From Candidatus Micrarchaeota archaeon (lineage in GTDB: Archaea > Micrarchaeota > Micrarchaeia > Norongarragalinales > Norongarragalinaceae): a stretch of DNA of 64,000 nucleotides. Where the stretch lies: positions 31,871-95,870 of the forward strand of contig JACQQD010000005.1 in the NCBI GenBank assembly GCA_016207165.1, written 5' to 3'. Position 1 is the first letter of the stretch. The number at the start of each line of letters is the position of its first letter. This document shows positions 37,231 through 46,690 of the stretch, piece by piece. The notes below the pieces were generated by a model that was not told where the DNA came from, searched no databases, and saw only the letters and a list, made by a program, of their open reading frames with translations. Position numbers and translations under genes: made by a program.

Positions 37231-37644
37231 ATGAGCTTGATGCATCACCTGCTGGCTCACGCCGCCATCCACCAACGCCAGGACCGGCTCAAAAAACTCT
37301 CCGACAAAGTCCAAAAGCATAAAGACGACGCGGACGAAGCCCACCGGCAGGCCATGGCCGCGCAGGCGGAAATCACGCGAATGCACAAGGCCTTGGCGCT
37401 AAACAAGTTCGGCCGGAAACTCACCACGCACCTGCAGGAAGTCGAGAAAACGCGGCGGCTTCAAATCCACGCGTTGGTCAAGACCATCGACCGCATGGAG
37501 CAAGCCAAAACCGACATGCAGAACGCGTTGGCCAAGAAATCCGTTGAGCACGAGAACACGCGCAAACGATTGGAAGCCATGCGCCAGGAAATCGATTCGG
37601 CGATTTTGTCCCTGGAACACCTCAAAAACCAGCCACCCCGATGA
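37231..37644 (+). CDS. hypothetical coiled-coil protein inside the hairpin-bounded segment
   Basis: About 137 aa from the ATG at 37231, charged and helical, with no motif. Confidence 0.4.
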   Translation: MSLMHHLLAHAAIHQRQDRLKKLSDKVQKHKDDADEAHRQAMAAQAEITRMHKALALNKFGRKLTTHLQEVEKTRRLQIHALVKTIDRMEQAKTDMQNALAKKSVEHENTRKRLEAMRQEIDSAILSLEHLKNQPPR

Positions 37645-38211
37645 ACCCATTCTCTTTTTCCCATCCACTACCTTTTTTAAGTCCAACGCCGATTAAGCGT
37701 TCAATGAACGGCGACCTTCCGACGGCATTCCAACTGATTTTGTCCACCGTCGGGTTCGTCGCCCGCCCGATTTGCGTCCCTGTCGTCGCCTGTCCGGCGA
37801 TGAAGTAAGCCCGGGATGACGCGGCGTTTTTAAACGCTTTTGACGCCGCTGACTTGAAACCAAAAAACAAGACTCCGAAAGCTTTTTTCTATCTCTAATT
37901 CATAATCCGGGGAAGAATAAGCCTTATTTCTTTAAACGAAGTTATTTAAGACGAAATATTTAAATATAAAGGACGCGTAAACCTTTTTATCGGCTGGAAG
38001 CCGATTTGAGGCAAAACAACCGAGAAAAAAAGAGTTGGAAGGTGTGTGGTCCGAGCGACACCAAGCAACCCCAAAGGAGGCAAATCCTGAGAACGCGGCA
38101 AGTTGCCCTTGGTCGGTTCGGCCACCATCTTCCCCCAGAAGACGCGGTTAAGAAGGTTTGGCGGTTTAGTTTATAAACTTAACGGCATTTTGGGAGTCGT
38201 TTAAGTGGAAT

Positions 38212-38308
38212 TTACAGTAAACCACGAAAGTTCCCCGATAAAATAGTCGTGGTTTACTGTCTAGCAAACCCCGCCTATTCGTCGTGAAATTTGCGGGGTT
38301 TGCTATAG
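38212..38308 (+). repeat. double-hairpin module, copy 2
   Basis: The module reads ACAGTAAACCACGA-loop-TCGTGGTTTACTGT, then CTAGCAAACCCCGC-loop-GCGGGGTTTGCTATAG. The second loop (38273-38294) is the exact reverse complement of the copy-1 loop. Confidence 0.65.
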
Positions 38309-38339
38309 CTTCCAAACGACCATTGCGGCTCTTGGTAAT

Positions 38340-40235
38340 TCACTGGAATTCTTTTTTGATTTTCGCGAGCAACCGCTTCTTGTTGGGCCCGCCTGTCAGC
38401 GCGTGCTGAAGAACTTCGTAGACGTTGTTCACGGGAAGGACGCGGATGCGTTTTTTCTGGTCTTCGTCCAACAACAAGTCGTTTTCGTTGGCGGCCGGAA
38501 TGATGACTTTGGAGATTCCGGCTTCAATGGCGGCCTCGACTTTCTGCGTCACGCCGCCTACAGGTAAAACGTCGCCGCGTACGCTTAGGCTGCCCGTCAT
38601 GGCCACGTCCTGGTGCACGGCGCACTCCTCGATGGCGGAAATGACGGCGGCGGCCACGGAAATGGACGCCGAATCGCCTTCGACTCCTTCGTACGTCTGG
38701 AGAAACTGGATGTGGATGTCGTAGCTGGACGTGTCCTTGCCCGTATGGCGCTTGATGATGGCGGAAACGTTTTCAACCGCTTCCTTGGCAATGTCTCCCA
38801 ACTTTCCGGTGGCGATGATGCGGCCCTCTTCCCTGGAAGAGGCCGGCGCGACTTCAGCGACAATCGGCAAAATCACGCCGGAGTCGCCCATCACGGCCAT
38901 GCCGTTTACTTTGCCAACCTGGGCGCCTTGGGTGACGAAGATCTTGTAGTCTTTCTTGATCTCAATGGCCTGCGTGGCGGCCTGCTGCTCCAACGTTGCG
39001 GCCAACGCCTTGGCCTGGCGCACGTGCGTGGCGGATACTTCTTGGACTTTGTCTTCAGCCGCTAAATCGCCAGCCGCCCGCACCAGTCCCCCCAATTCCC
39101 TGAGGCGGAGCGTCAAGCGTTTCTTTCGTCCCGACCGCTTTTTGGCTTCCTGGATGATGGCTTGGACGGCACCGGCCGAAAACGCGGGAATCTTTCCGTC
39201 TTTGGCCACTTCCTGGGCAATGAATTGGACGATTTTGGCGCGGTTCTCCTCGGTGTCCGCCATGGAGTCCTCCATGTAGACTTCATACCCGTAGCCCCGA
39301 ATGCGGCTGCGCAAAGCCGGATGCATTTTCTGGATGTCCTGGTAATTGCCGGCGGCCACCAACACGAATTCACAGGGCGCCGGCTCGGTGCGAACCAAGG
39401 CGCCGGAACTCATCTCGCTTTGCCCCGTGATGGCGTACTTTTTTTCCTGCATGGCGGTGAGAAGCTCTTGCTGGCTTTTATCGGAGAGCGAAGAAACCTC
39501 GTCAATAAACAGAACGCCTTTGTTGGCCTTGTGAATCAACCCGCTTTCCACCCGCAAGTGCGGCGGAGTTCCCAAGCCGCCACTTTGGAACGGGTCGTGC
39601 CTCACGTCGCCAAGCAAAGCGCCGGCGCGGGCGCCGGTGGCTTCCATGAAGGGCGCGGTCTTTTTGTCGGCGTTGTCCACCAACAACTTGGAGGGCTGGC
39701 CTTCCGCGGCAAAGCGGCCGCGGCCCAATTGGCTTCCCAAAACCATGACGATGCCGGTGAGGCCCAGCATGACCAATAACGCGGCCGTGATGATGTCACC
39801 CAATTGCTCGCGGCCAAAAGAAAGCAGGAAGAAGAATGAAATGAACAAGAACACCATGACGAACAAGTTGATGTTGCCCCCGCCGGAAACCAGTTGGAGG
39901 CGCTCTTTTTGGATGATTTTGCGGCCGTCCCCTGCCTTGACGGAGACGATCTTGGGGTTGTTGTCATTCTCCGCATTGGCTTTGACCAACACGTCCTCCA
40001 ACACGGATACGGGCAAAAGTTCGCTCATGGCCTGCGCCAACAAGCTTTTCCCGGTGCCGGGCGAACCGACCAAAAGCACGTTTCGTTTTTGGGCGGATGC
40101 CTTCTTGATGACGTTGACGGCCTTTTCCTGGCCCACGATTTGGTCGATGAGGCGCTTGGGCACCGCGACGGCCAGGGTGCCGGTGATGGTGGCGCGTTGG
40201 GCGTCCGTCTTTTTGGTGTGTTTGCGTCGGGCCAT
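38340..40235 (-). CDS. lonB: archaeal membrane-bound Lon protease (LonB)
   Basis: 631 aa with Walker A GSPGTGKS, two hydrophobic helices inserted in the AAA+ module, and a C-terminal protease domain ([12 protein letters not shown]). Confidence 0.9.
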   Translation of the reverse strand: MARRKHTKKTDAQRATITGTLAVAVPKRLIDQIVGQEKAVNVIKKASAQKRNVLLVGSPGTGKSLLAQAMSELLPVSVLEDVLVKANAENDNNPKIVSVKAGDGRKIIQKERLQLVSGGGNINLFVMVFLFISFFFLLSFGREQLGDIITAALLVMLGLTGIVMVLGSQLGRGRFAAEGQPSKLLVDNADKKTAPFMEATGARAGALLGDVRHDPFQSGGLGTPPHLRVESGLIHKANKGVLFIDEVSSLSDKSQQELLTAMQEKKYAITGQSEMSSGALVRTEPAPCEFVLVAAGNYQDIQKMHPALRSRIRGYGYEVYMEDSMADTEENRAKIVQFIAQEVAKDGKIPAFSAGAVQAIIQEAKKRSGRKKRLTLRLRELGGLVRAAGDLAAEDKVQEVSATHVRQAKALAATLEQQAATQAIEIKKDYKIFVTQGAQVGKVNGMAVMGDSGVILPIVAEVAPASSREEGRIIATGKLGDIAKEAVENVSAIIKRHTGKDTSSYDIHIQFLQTYEGVEGDSASISVAAAVISAIEECAVHQDVAMTGSLSVRGDVLPVGGVTQKVEAAIEAGISKVIIPAANENDLLLDEDQKKRIRVLPVNNVYEVLQHALTGGPNKKRLLAKIKKEFQ

Positions 40236-40298
40236 ACCGATTTAAAACCTCTCCAACTCATTTTCTTGCTCCACCCTTTTATAGAATCGGTTCTGCTC

Positions 40299-41195
40299 AT
40301 GATTCGCCTGGTCTGTTTGGGAACGTCGGCTTCCACGCCCACGTCGCGTCACGTGCCCAGCCACTTCGCCGTCAAATTCGGCGGAGTCTTTCTGCTGGAT
40401 TGCGCGGAAGGCTGCCAGCGTCAAATGATGAAGTTTGGCGTTCCCTACGGCTCGCTTTCCGGCGTCTTCTTGACGCACCTGCACGCCGACCACGTCCTGG
40501 GATTGCCGGGGGTAATTCAAACGCTGAATTTGGCGGACCGCAAGGCCGTGTTGCCGATTTTCGGGCCGGCAGGCACCCGGGATTTCGTCGAAACGCTGTT
40601 GGACTTGCCTTCCCTGCGGGCCAAGTTCCCGGTGACCGTCACGGAAATGCCGCACACCCAGACCGCATCCTGCCTGAAAACGACGTTGTTCGAAGTCCGA
40701 AGCTTTCCCGTCCAACACTCGTCGAAAGCAGTGGGTTACGTCATGGAAGAAGCGGAGAAAACCAAGTTCCATGAGGACCAAGCCAAGTCCAAGGGTATCC
40801 AAGGCAGACTGTTTACGCAAATCCAGGAAATGGGCGAACTCACCGTCAAAGGCAAGAAAATCCGGTTGGAGGACGTGACCTTCAAGCAAGCCGGAAAAAA
40901 GCTGGCGTTTACCGGAGACACGCAGGCGTGCCGTTCCACCCAGGAAAACGCGGAGAACGCCGACGTCTTGGTCCACGACTGCACGTTCTTGGAGGAGCAC
41001 AAGGACTTGGCGGACCAAACCAAGCACGCCACCGCGCTTTCGGCTGCAACACTGGCCAAGAAAGCCCACGTCAAGAAACTCATTTTAACGCATTTGGGCA
41101 ACCGGTACGCCAACCGCAACGTGTTACTGGACGAAGCTCAACGCGTGTTTCCGGCCACGGAACTGGCTCAAGAGGGAAAAGAGTGGCTGATCTAA
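40299..41195 (+). CDS. rnz: ribonuclease Z
   Basis: Contains MIRLVCLGTSASTP and the metallo-beta-lactamase motif THLHADH. The start is trimmed to the ATG at 40299. Confidence 0.9.
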   Translation: MIRLVCLGTSASTPTSRHVPSHFAVKFGGVFLLDCAEGCQRQMMKFGVPYGSLSGVFLTHLHADHVLGLPGVIQTLNLADRKAVLPIFGPAGTRDFVETLLDLPSLRAKFPVTVTEMPHTQTASCLKTTLFEVRSFPVQHSSKAVGYVMEEAEKTKFHEDQAKSKGIQGRLFTQIQEMGELTVKGKKIRLEDVTFKQAGKKLAFTGDTQACRSTQENAENADVLVHDCTFLEEHKDLADQTKHATALSAATLAKKAHVKKLILTHLGNRYANRNVLLDEAQRVFPATELAQEGKEWLI

Positions 41196-41230
41196 ACCTT
41201 TTACAAGAAAAACCTCTAAAAGGAAAGCTC

Positions 41231-41416
41231 ATGAAAAAGAATCAAGAAATAGTTTGGCTCGAAAAAGGCGACAAAAAGGTGCCAATACCGGTGCTGCCTC
41301 TTAAAAAACTATTCGGCGCGTTTCAAACTCAAGACACAGCGGAAGACATCCAAGCATTTTTCGAGCATGAGAAACGGATTGAAGAGAAAAAATTCCGGAA
41401 GCTTGGAAAAAGATGA
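41231..41416 (+). CDS. small hypothetical protein
   Basis: 61 aa (MKKNQEIVWLEKGDKK...) with an ATGA overlap with the next ORF. Confidence 0.35.
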   Translation: MKKNQEIVWLEKGDKKVPIPVLPLKKLFGAFQTQDTAEDIQAFFEHEKRIEEKKFRKLGKR

Positions 41417-41928
41417 AACTCTCTGAAATCCCCATTGAAACCATTCTGCTTGGGCTCTTGGCCGTCGGCGTGTTCGCCGCCGTATTCTTTTTTTCCGCGC
41501 TTTTCCCCAAGCCCACCGACGCCACGCTTCAAGGCGTCCACGTTGTCGCCACCGGCAACGCCCAAGAACAGCTCCGCGGCATTCTTTCCAGAAACAATCC
41601 CGTGGTCTTCGAATTGCAGTTGTTCCAAGGCAATTCCTCGAAGAACACGGCGCTTTCCATCGCCTCCGCGCAAATCGTGTCCAACCTCGTCCACCGAAAC
41701 GTCAACGCCTCCGTGTTCGGCTCCATTGACGGCAACGCCTCGATTAACTGCGTGGCGGAAACCAACTTCTGCTCCGGCGCCGACGTGACGCTGCGCATCG
41801 GCTCGTTTAACGGCATGCGCATCACGGACGACCGCGTCGACATCGAGGGAACGGAGGACTTCTACAACGACCCCCAGACCCTGGAAGTTTTAAGCGGCGT
41901 GTTCGGGCTGGCGGCAAACAAGGGTTAG
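41413..41928 (+). CDS. membrane-anchored hypothetical protein
   Basis: 171 aa with one N-terminal TM helix. Confidence 0.5.
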   Translation: MKLSEIPIETILLGLLAVGVFAAVFFFSALFPKPTDATLQGVHVVATGNAQEQLRGILSRNNPVVFELQLFQGNSSKNTALSIASAQIVSNLVHRNVNASVFGSIDGNASINCVAETNFCSGADVTLRIGSFNGMRITDDRVDIEGTEDFYNDPQTLEVLSGVFGLAANKG

Positions 41929-41931
41929 AAG

Positions 41932-43113
41932 TCAGTTGAAACTCCGCTTGAAATCGCGTACGGCGTCGGTAAGGGTCTTGCCCTGGCCCTTGTAATGCTT
42001 GATTTGTTCAAGCAAATCCCGGAGGTTCTCTGAAATGCGCTCAAAAACAAACCGGCCTCGGTCATCTTTCTTCGAAAGGACATCGCCCACCGCACGCATG
42101 GCGGATCGTACGTATGGATTAAACTCCGGATTTTCGTAGTGGGAAAGGATGGACCGGATCCAGCCAAAATAATGCTGGGGACGCACGATGACGTCCTTGG
42201 ATTTCGCCGTGTCGTGCACGTGGGAGACAAAACGAATGGCGTGCTCCAAGTCTTCGGATCGCTCCATCGGGCCTTCACGTTCAATATCGCTTAATTCTTT
42301 TGCCCATGCTTCGGCGAAGCGGGGGAGGTCCCGAGGATGCACGGTGTCCTTGAGATACCGCAAAATGTGCATGCCCGAAGTGCGGGATGGCGCAAAATGG
42401 GAAAGAAGGCTGACGGCTTGCAGCCATTTGCCATAGTTTTCCCGAATCAACGGGGCAAACTTCGAGTCGGAATCCAGGTGACCCAGGTAATTGACGCTGA
42501 AGCGGATGTTCTGGGAACCCGTACCATGGATGCGGGCCACGCATTGGTGGATGTCGTCGAATTCCTGCATCCGTGAAATGAATTCATCCGGATTTCGTCG
42601 CATGACTTCGATGACTTCTCGGTGTACGGCCTCCGGGTCCGAAACGCCCATGACCGCCTGTTTCTTTGAAAGCAGATCATGATACGCCAACCCCAGAACC
42701 GCGGAACGCAGCGCGGTCCAGGGATTGCGGTCTCTGCGTTCGTGCGCAATTTCCTGTGCTTCACTATAAAGGCCTTGGAAACGCTTCCGTGAATATCGCG
42801 AGAAAGCGCGGCTGACCAAGAAAAGATGTTTGGGGTTTCGAATCCTTCGGAAGGGTCCGGGAACGACGCTGGCGGCCGTGACGTGGCGAGGATCCGCGCC
42901 CTCCTTGAAATGGACGTGGTCGTCCGGAAAACGCTCAGAAAGGAAAAGATCTTCAATGGTTTGGCGACCGTTTCTTGAACTGGCGAGGGCATCGGCGGTT
43001 AAACGCATGCGAACTTCAAGTGCATCAGCGCGTTTTTCGGGCCCGACTTCTTCGGGCGGCCGAACCAATGCATGAATGTACTCGCGCATTTGAAAGCAAA
43101 CGCTATGATTCAC
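41932..43113 (-). CDS. hypothetical protein with a weak HD-phosphohydrolase-like motif
   Basis: 393-aa ORF. HPRDLPRFAEAWAKEL ... FVSHVHDTAK resembles the H...HD(I/T)(G/A)K pattern. This is tentative. Confidence 0.5.
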   Translation of the reverse strand: MNHSVCFQMREYIHALVRPPEEVGPEKRADALEVRMRLTADALASSRNGRQTIEDLFLSERFPDDHVHFKEGADPRHVTAASVVPGPFRRIRNPKHLFLVSRAFSRYSRKRFQGLYSEAQEIAHERRDRNPWTALRSAVLGLAYHDLLSKKQAVMGVSDPEAVHREVIEVMRRNPDEFISRMQEFDDIHQCVARIHGTGSQNIRFSVNYLGHLDSDSKFAPLIRENYGKWLQAVSLLSHFAPSRTSGMHILRYLKDTVHPRDLPRFAEAWAKELSDIEREGPMERSEDLEHAIRFVSHVHDTAKSKDVIVRPQHYFGWIRSILSHYENPEFNPYVRSAMRAVGDVLSKKDDRGRFVFERISENLRDLLEQIKHYKGQGKTLTDAVRDFKRSFN

Positions 43114-43151
43114 GCCCCGGTTTTTAAGCGCTTAGAGTCAAAGAGAATCCG

Positions 43152-44744
43152 ATGGCCGACCCTCGAACACCGCGGTTTCCGCGCCCGCACTACACGCCGT
43201 TTGAACTGGAAAGCTATATCGCGGCGTGTAAACGGCTTGGAAGTCACCTGTGGCAACACCCCAAAAACCGGTCCGTGCTCATTCCACTGCGCGGCGCGTT
43301 TTTACCAGGCTTTGTGGCATCCATGGACGAGAAGGCGTCGGTTGGAAAACGCCAGTTTCTGGCTTTCATGCCGGCAAGCCAATTCTTGCACGGATTCAAG
43401 GACACGGTGCGGGTTTTCTTTCGTAACTTCATTGAGCATCGGATGCAAAAAGGGGAAGCCGGAGACGCCTACGGGTTTCTTCCTGGAGAACGATCCGTCA
43501 TCCACGTGATTGACGAGGCCAAAAGCGGTAACGCCGCAAGCCACCTGCACCGCCATTTTCAGGAGGTGCTTGAGGAGAAAAAAGAGGAAGAGGCGCAATC
43601 CGTCATGGAGCGAATCGGGGACTTCAAGCCCAGCCAGCAAAAAATGCTGGAAGAAGTCGGAAAACGGCTTGAAAAGGAAGTTGAAGAACAGCGCGACTAC
43701 ATGGTCCAACGGCTTGAACAGCTCAGCCGGAATCCCGAAGCCATCAAGCTGGTCAACCCCAATGGGGATTACACGCCGGAAGGCATTTTTCTTTTGAAGG
43801 TCTTACGCGCGACTGGACGAATTTCCGACGAAACGTTCGAGAACCTGGTTAGTCACCGGTTTCTCGTCGAGCAGAAGATCGGGCAGAGGCTTGGAAAAAT
43901 CAGAGTGAAACTGAACATTCGCGAAGATGTAAGCAAACGGATGGGAATCAAAGACATCCGGGAACCCGTGAGCACTGTCCAAGAACTCGTCAGCATGTTT
44001 CCCCACCTCAAACCACATCTGGCCGAGACATACGCCGACATTGAACAAGGCCACCTCGTGAAAGAGGAACCGCACGTCGACCATCGACAGGTCTACGGGA
44101 ACCCTGAACACCAGGCCTTATACGAAGGGGGTTTCGCGACATTGGCCAACTATCGCCTGCACGCCTTGTTGCAACATTTGCCCGATCCCGCCCAATTCAA
44201 CCGCCTCAACAGCCACTTGAGAAAAGACGTAATTGCGGCGGCAAACAAGAAGAAAACCCGGATACGACAGGAACTTGGTCTGGTTGACCGGGCCATTCGG
44301 ACCAATTCACTGGAACGCGACGACCAAGCCCGGAGTAAATTCAGGGAGTTGATAAAACGGGCCAGCGCATTGAACAACATCAAAATGCGGTTCTTGACCG
44401 TGCACGGAATCAATCAATTCATCACGACGCTGCGCTATTCGAGACTGAAAGACGAGGGCAAAACATACCAATTTGACGTCAACAACCTGATCAGCATGGA
44501 TCACGTCATCACGCCGTTGGAATACTATTCCGAAACCACGGACCGGGGAGGCACCATCCACTTTCCTTCTTTTAACATTGTGCGAACTTCGCATTTCGAA
44601 AGATTTCTGCATGAACTGGGATTCCAAGAACAGGCGCCAAATCCAGAAGAAGTTGAACGACAATTTGAGTTGTATACGCATGAATTCCATCGGTCAGAAC
44701 GGTTTCTTGAGGGCCAGCAAACGGAAGCCCTGGTTTCTCGTTAG
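43152..44744 (+). CDS. PRTase (UPRT-like) fold protein split by a ~270-aa helical insertion
   Basis: 530 aa. SVLIPLRGAFLPG compares with UPRT VVPILRAGLGM. The PRPP-loop-like segment is SVIHVIDEAKSGNAA. The C-terminal IKMRFLTVHGINQFITTL...YQFDVNNLISMDHVITPLEYYSE compares with UPRT IKVLVLVAAPEGI...YTASID..LNEHGYIIPGLGDAGD. Confidence 0.6.
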   Translation: MADPRTPRFPRPHYTPFELESYIAACKRLGSHLWQHPKNRSVLIPLRGAFLPGFVASMDEKASVGKRQFLAFMPASQFLHGFKDTVRVFFRNFIEHRMQKGEAGDAYGFLPGERSVIHVIDEAKSGNAASHLHRHFQEVLEEKKEEEAQSVMERIGDFKPSQQKMLEEVGKRLEKEVEEQRDYMVQRLEQLSRNPEAIKLVNPNGDYTPEGIFLLKVLRATGRISDETFENLVSHRFLVEQKIGQRLGKIRVKLNIREDVSKRMGIKDIREPVSTVQELVSMFPHLKPHLAETYADIEQGHLVKEEPHVDHRQVYGNPEHQALYEGGFATLANYRLHALLQHLPDPAQFNRLNSHLRKDVIAAANKKKTRIRQELGLVDRAIRTNSLERDDQARSKFRELIKRASALNNIKMRFLTVHGINQFITTLRYSRLKDEGKTYQFDVNNLISMDHVITPLEYYSETTDRGGTIHFPSFNIVRTSHFERFLHELGFQEQAPNPEEVERQFELYTHEFHRSERFLEGQQTEALVSR

Positions 44745-44783
44745 ACTAAAGACAGAAAAACCTTACAGACGAAAAAAATAGTA

Positions 44784-46595
44784 ATGCCGCCCAGTGTTCT
44801 TGAAAGAGTCCAAAACTCCGACCGTGGCCGTCACCTGGCTGGCCTGTATGCAGAAAGTCAGCCCCAAAGCCTGTGGAAGACGGGAAAACACGTGCCGCTG
44901 AATCAAACGGCGCAGCAAGCCGCGCAAAACCTCTTGAACTGGATGCCGTGGGGGGAAGGAAAAAATAAGATCGCTTTGGACGACGACATCCGAATCGGCG
45001 GTTCAGAACCGACTGCCACTGAATCCAAGGACCGGCTGACTCCGGCTGAGAACCTGTTGCTGGCTGCCTTGGCGGCGCACACACGATACCTGCCGGCAGG
45101 AACCCGATTGGGCGAGGGGTTTGAGGAAGTAAGCGATATTCTGGAACGCGTCCAAGCACTCCGAGCACTCCAGGGACGGTTTGCGGAACGATCCGAAAAA
45201 GTGAAGAGGCTTGAAGAGAAGCTCGCGGAGACTTTCGAGAGAAAAAAGTATCGGCAGGCCTTCAAATACCAGGGACAAATAAAACAGCTGAATCGTGAAA
45301 ACGAGAAAGAAAAAGAACGAATCAAACAGCACCCCGTACCCATCCGGTTGTTGGCGGCCGCCATTGACGCGGCCAACTTCAACCACATCGACCACGCCGG
45401 CTACAGTGACCAAATCAAGTACGCGCGACGCATGAGGCACTGGCACATTCCATTGCTTCGAAGCCTTGGAGAACACTATCGAAAGCAGTGCGATCAACTG
45501 GAAGCGCAAACGCTTTACATTCTAGACACGGACAAGCACCAAAAGTTGGCCCGCCTGCGAGGCGCCATCCAGGCGCACGAAGAACCCGGTTTGAAAGCCT
45601 TGGAAGCCTACTTGGAAGGAAACCAGCAACCGGTGGCTCGACTGGAGTCTCGAACCAAGACCATTGCGTCCATGCACATAAAAGAAGCCACGCATGAAAT
45701 CGCCGAGCAGCACGACAAACTGGGTTACCGAATCATCCTTCCAGGGGAAGACAGAAAACAGGTCCGTGAACTGGCGAACGCGTTGCGGCATGAAAGCCAC
45801 GGGTTAACGGGAAAGACCCTGGGAAACATGCGCGTCCAAGCCATCCGCGTGAACAACGACTGGTTGGATGAACCCAAAGAAGGCGGATACCGCGCCATCC
45901 ACTTGGTGGCCGACGTCCACGTGCCGGGAACGCCTGAACTAAAAAAACTGGAAATCCAGTTGGTTAACGAAGCCATGCACAAAACGAACACCAAAAGCAA
46001 GACCGCGTCCCACCGAGTCTACAAAGGCATTGAGGAACCGCCCAGCATCGAAGCATTCATCCCGCCGGAACGCATCAAGGAATGGGTGGACATCCGCGTG
46101 CACGGGCCCGACGAGGAAACCCGAACCTTCAAGTCCGCTCGCCGGCTGGACCGGCAAAAAGGATCAGTGGTTGCCACCATCCTGGAAGCGTTGCGAGACC
46201 ACCGCCCCGTGACGATCGGCGGCATCGTCAACGGACACATCCGCGTGTTCACCGAAAGCCAAGAGCTGGACGCCAAAGGCCGGCGCAAGTCCAAACAAGA
46301 GCCCGTTGGACTCCACGAGCCGCTCAAGGATGGAAAAGCGTATCACGTGTACGATGTGACGGACCCGCGCCACGAGCATCTCCGCGGTTACCGCCGACGA
46401 TTGACCAAGCCGGAACTAAGGTGGCTCCGCGATAGCCTAAGCCTTGAGGACTGGATTCGATACATCAACGAAGAACTCCGCGTTGAACCCAGTAAAACTC
46501 CGTCCCCAAAAATCGAGCTTCCAAAAGCGCGACTGACGTTGGACAAACTGCCAGGCGGTGCCGATGGCATCCAACCCCGGAAACGCAAGAAATAA
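44784..46595 (+). CDS. RelA/SpoT-homologue (RSH) synthetase-fold protein with a TGS-like domain and an unknown ~280-aa N-terminal region
   Basis: 603 aa. Motifs are RTKTIASMHIK, DKLGYRIIL, EPKEGGYRAIHLV, LEIQLVNEAMH and HRVYKG, compared with RelA RPKHIYSIWRK, DVRAVRIV, NPKPNGYQSIH, VEIQIRTKQMH and HWKYKEG. These are followed by IRVHGPDEETRTF...GGIVNGHIRVF (TGS-like). Confidence 0.7.
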   Translation: MPPSVLERVQNSDRGRHLAGLYAESQPQSLWKTGKHVPLNQTAQQAAQNLLNWMPWGEGKNKIALDDDIRIGGSEPTATESKDRLTPAENLLLAALAAHTRYLPAGTRLGEGFEEVSDILERVQALRALQGRFAERSEKVKRLEEKLAETFERKKYRQAFKYQGQIKQLNRENEKEKERIKQHPVPIRLLAAAIDAANFNHIDHAGYSDQIKYARRMRHWHIPLLRSLGEHYRKQCDQLEAQTLYILDTDKHQKLARLRGAIQAHEEPGLKALEAYLEGNQQPVARLESRTKTIASMHIKEATHEIAEQHDKLGYRIILPGEDRKQVRELANALRHESHGLTGKTLGNMRVQAIRVNNDWLDEPKEGGYRAIHLVADVHVPGTPELKKLEIQLVNEAMHKTNTKSKTASHRVYKGIEEPPSIEAFIPPERIKEWVDIRVHGPDEETRTFKSARRLDRQKGSVVATILEALRDHRPVTIGGIVNGHIRVFTESQELDAKGRRKSKQEPVGLHEPLKDGKAYHVYDVTDPRHEHLRGYRRRLTKPELRWLRDSLSLEDWIRYINEELRVEPSKTPSPKIELPKARLTLDKLPGGADGIQPRKRKK

Positions 46596-46690
46596 CCAAC
46601 GGCAATCCACATAAAAAAAATCGCCTTCGTTACGTTAATTAATCCGGGATTCACCCACAACTCCACCAATACGTTTTGGAACGGATTACC

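Noticed and set aside
37622-37870. 82-aa minus-strand ORF inside the hairpin-bounded segment.
   Set aside because: It has no motif, overlaps the convergent 37231..37644 ORF and has ambiguous composition. I did not call it.
37103-38308. CRISPR array or replication origin as the explanation of the hairpin modules.
   Set aside because: There are only two copies, about 1.1 kb apart, with no regular repeat-spacer periodicity, so this is not a CRISPR array. No orc1/cdc6 gene is adjacent and the spacing is far larger than typical ORB pairs, so an origin is unlikely but not excluded.
40277-40285. TATA-like ttttataga assigned to rnz.
   Set aside because: It is too close to the rnz ATG at 40299 to give a correct TSS. 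On the other strand it sits about 45 nt upstream of the lonB ATG, so the assignment is ambiguous and I did not list it.
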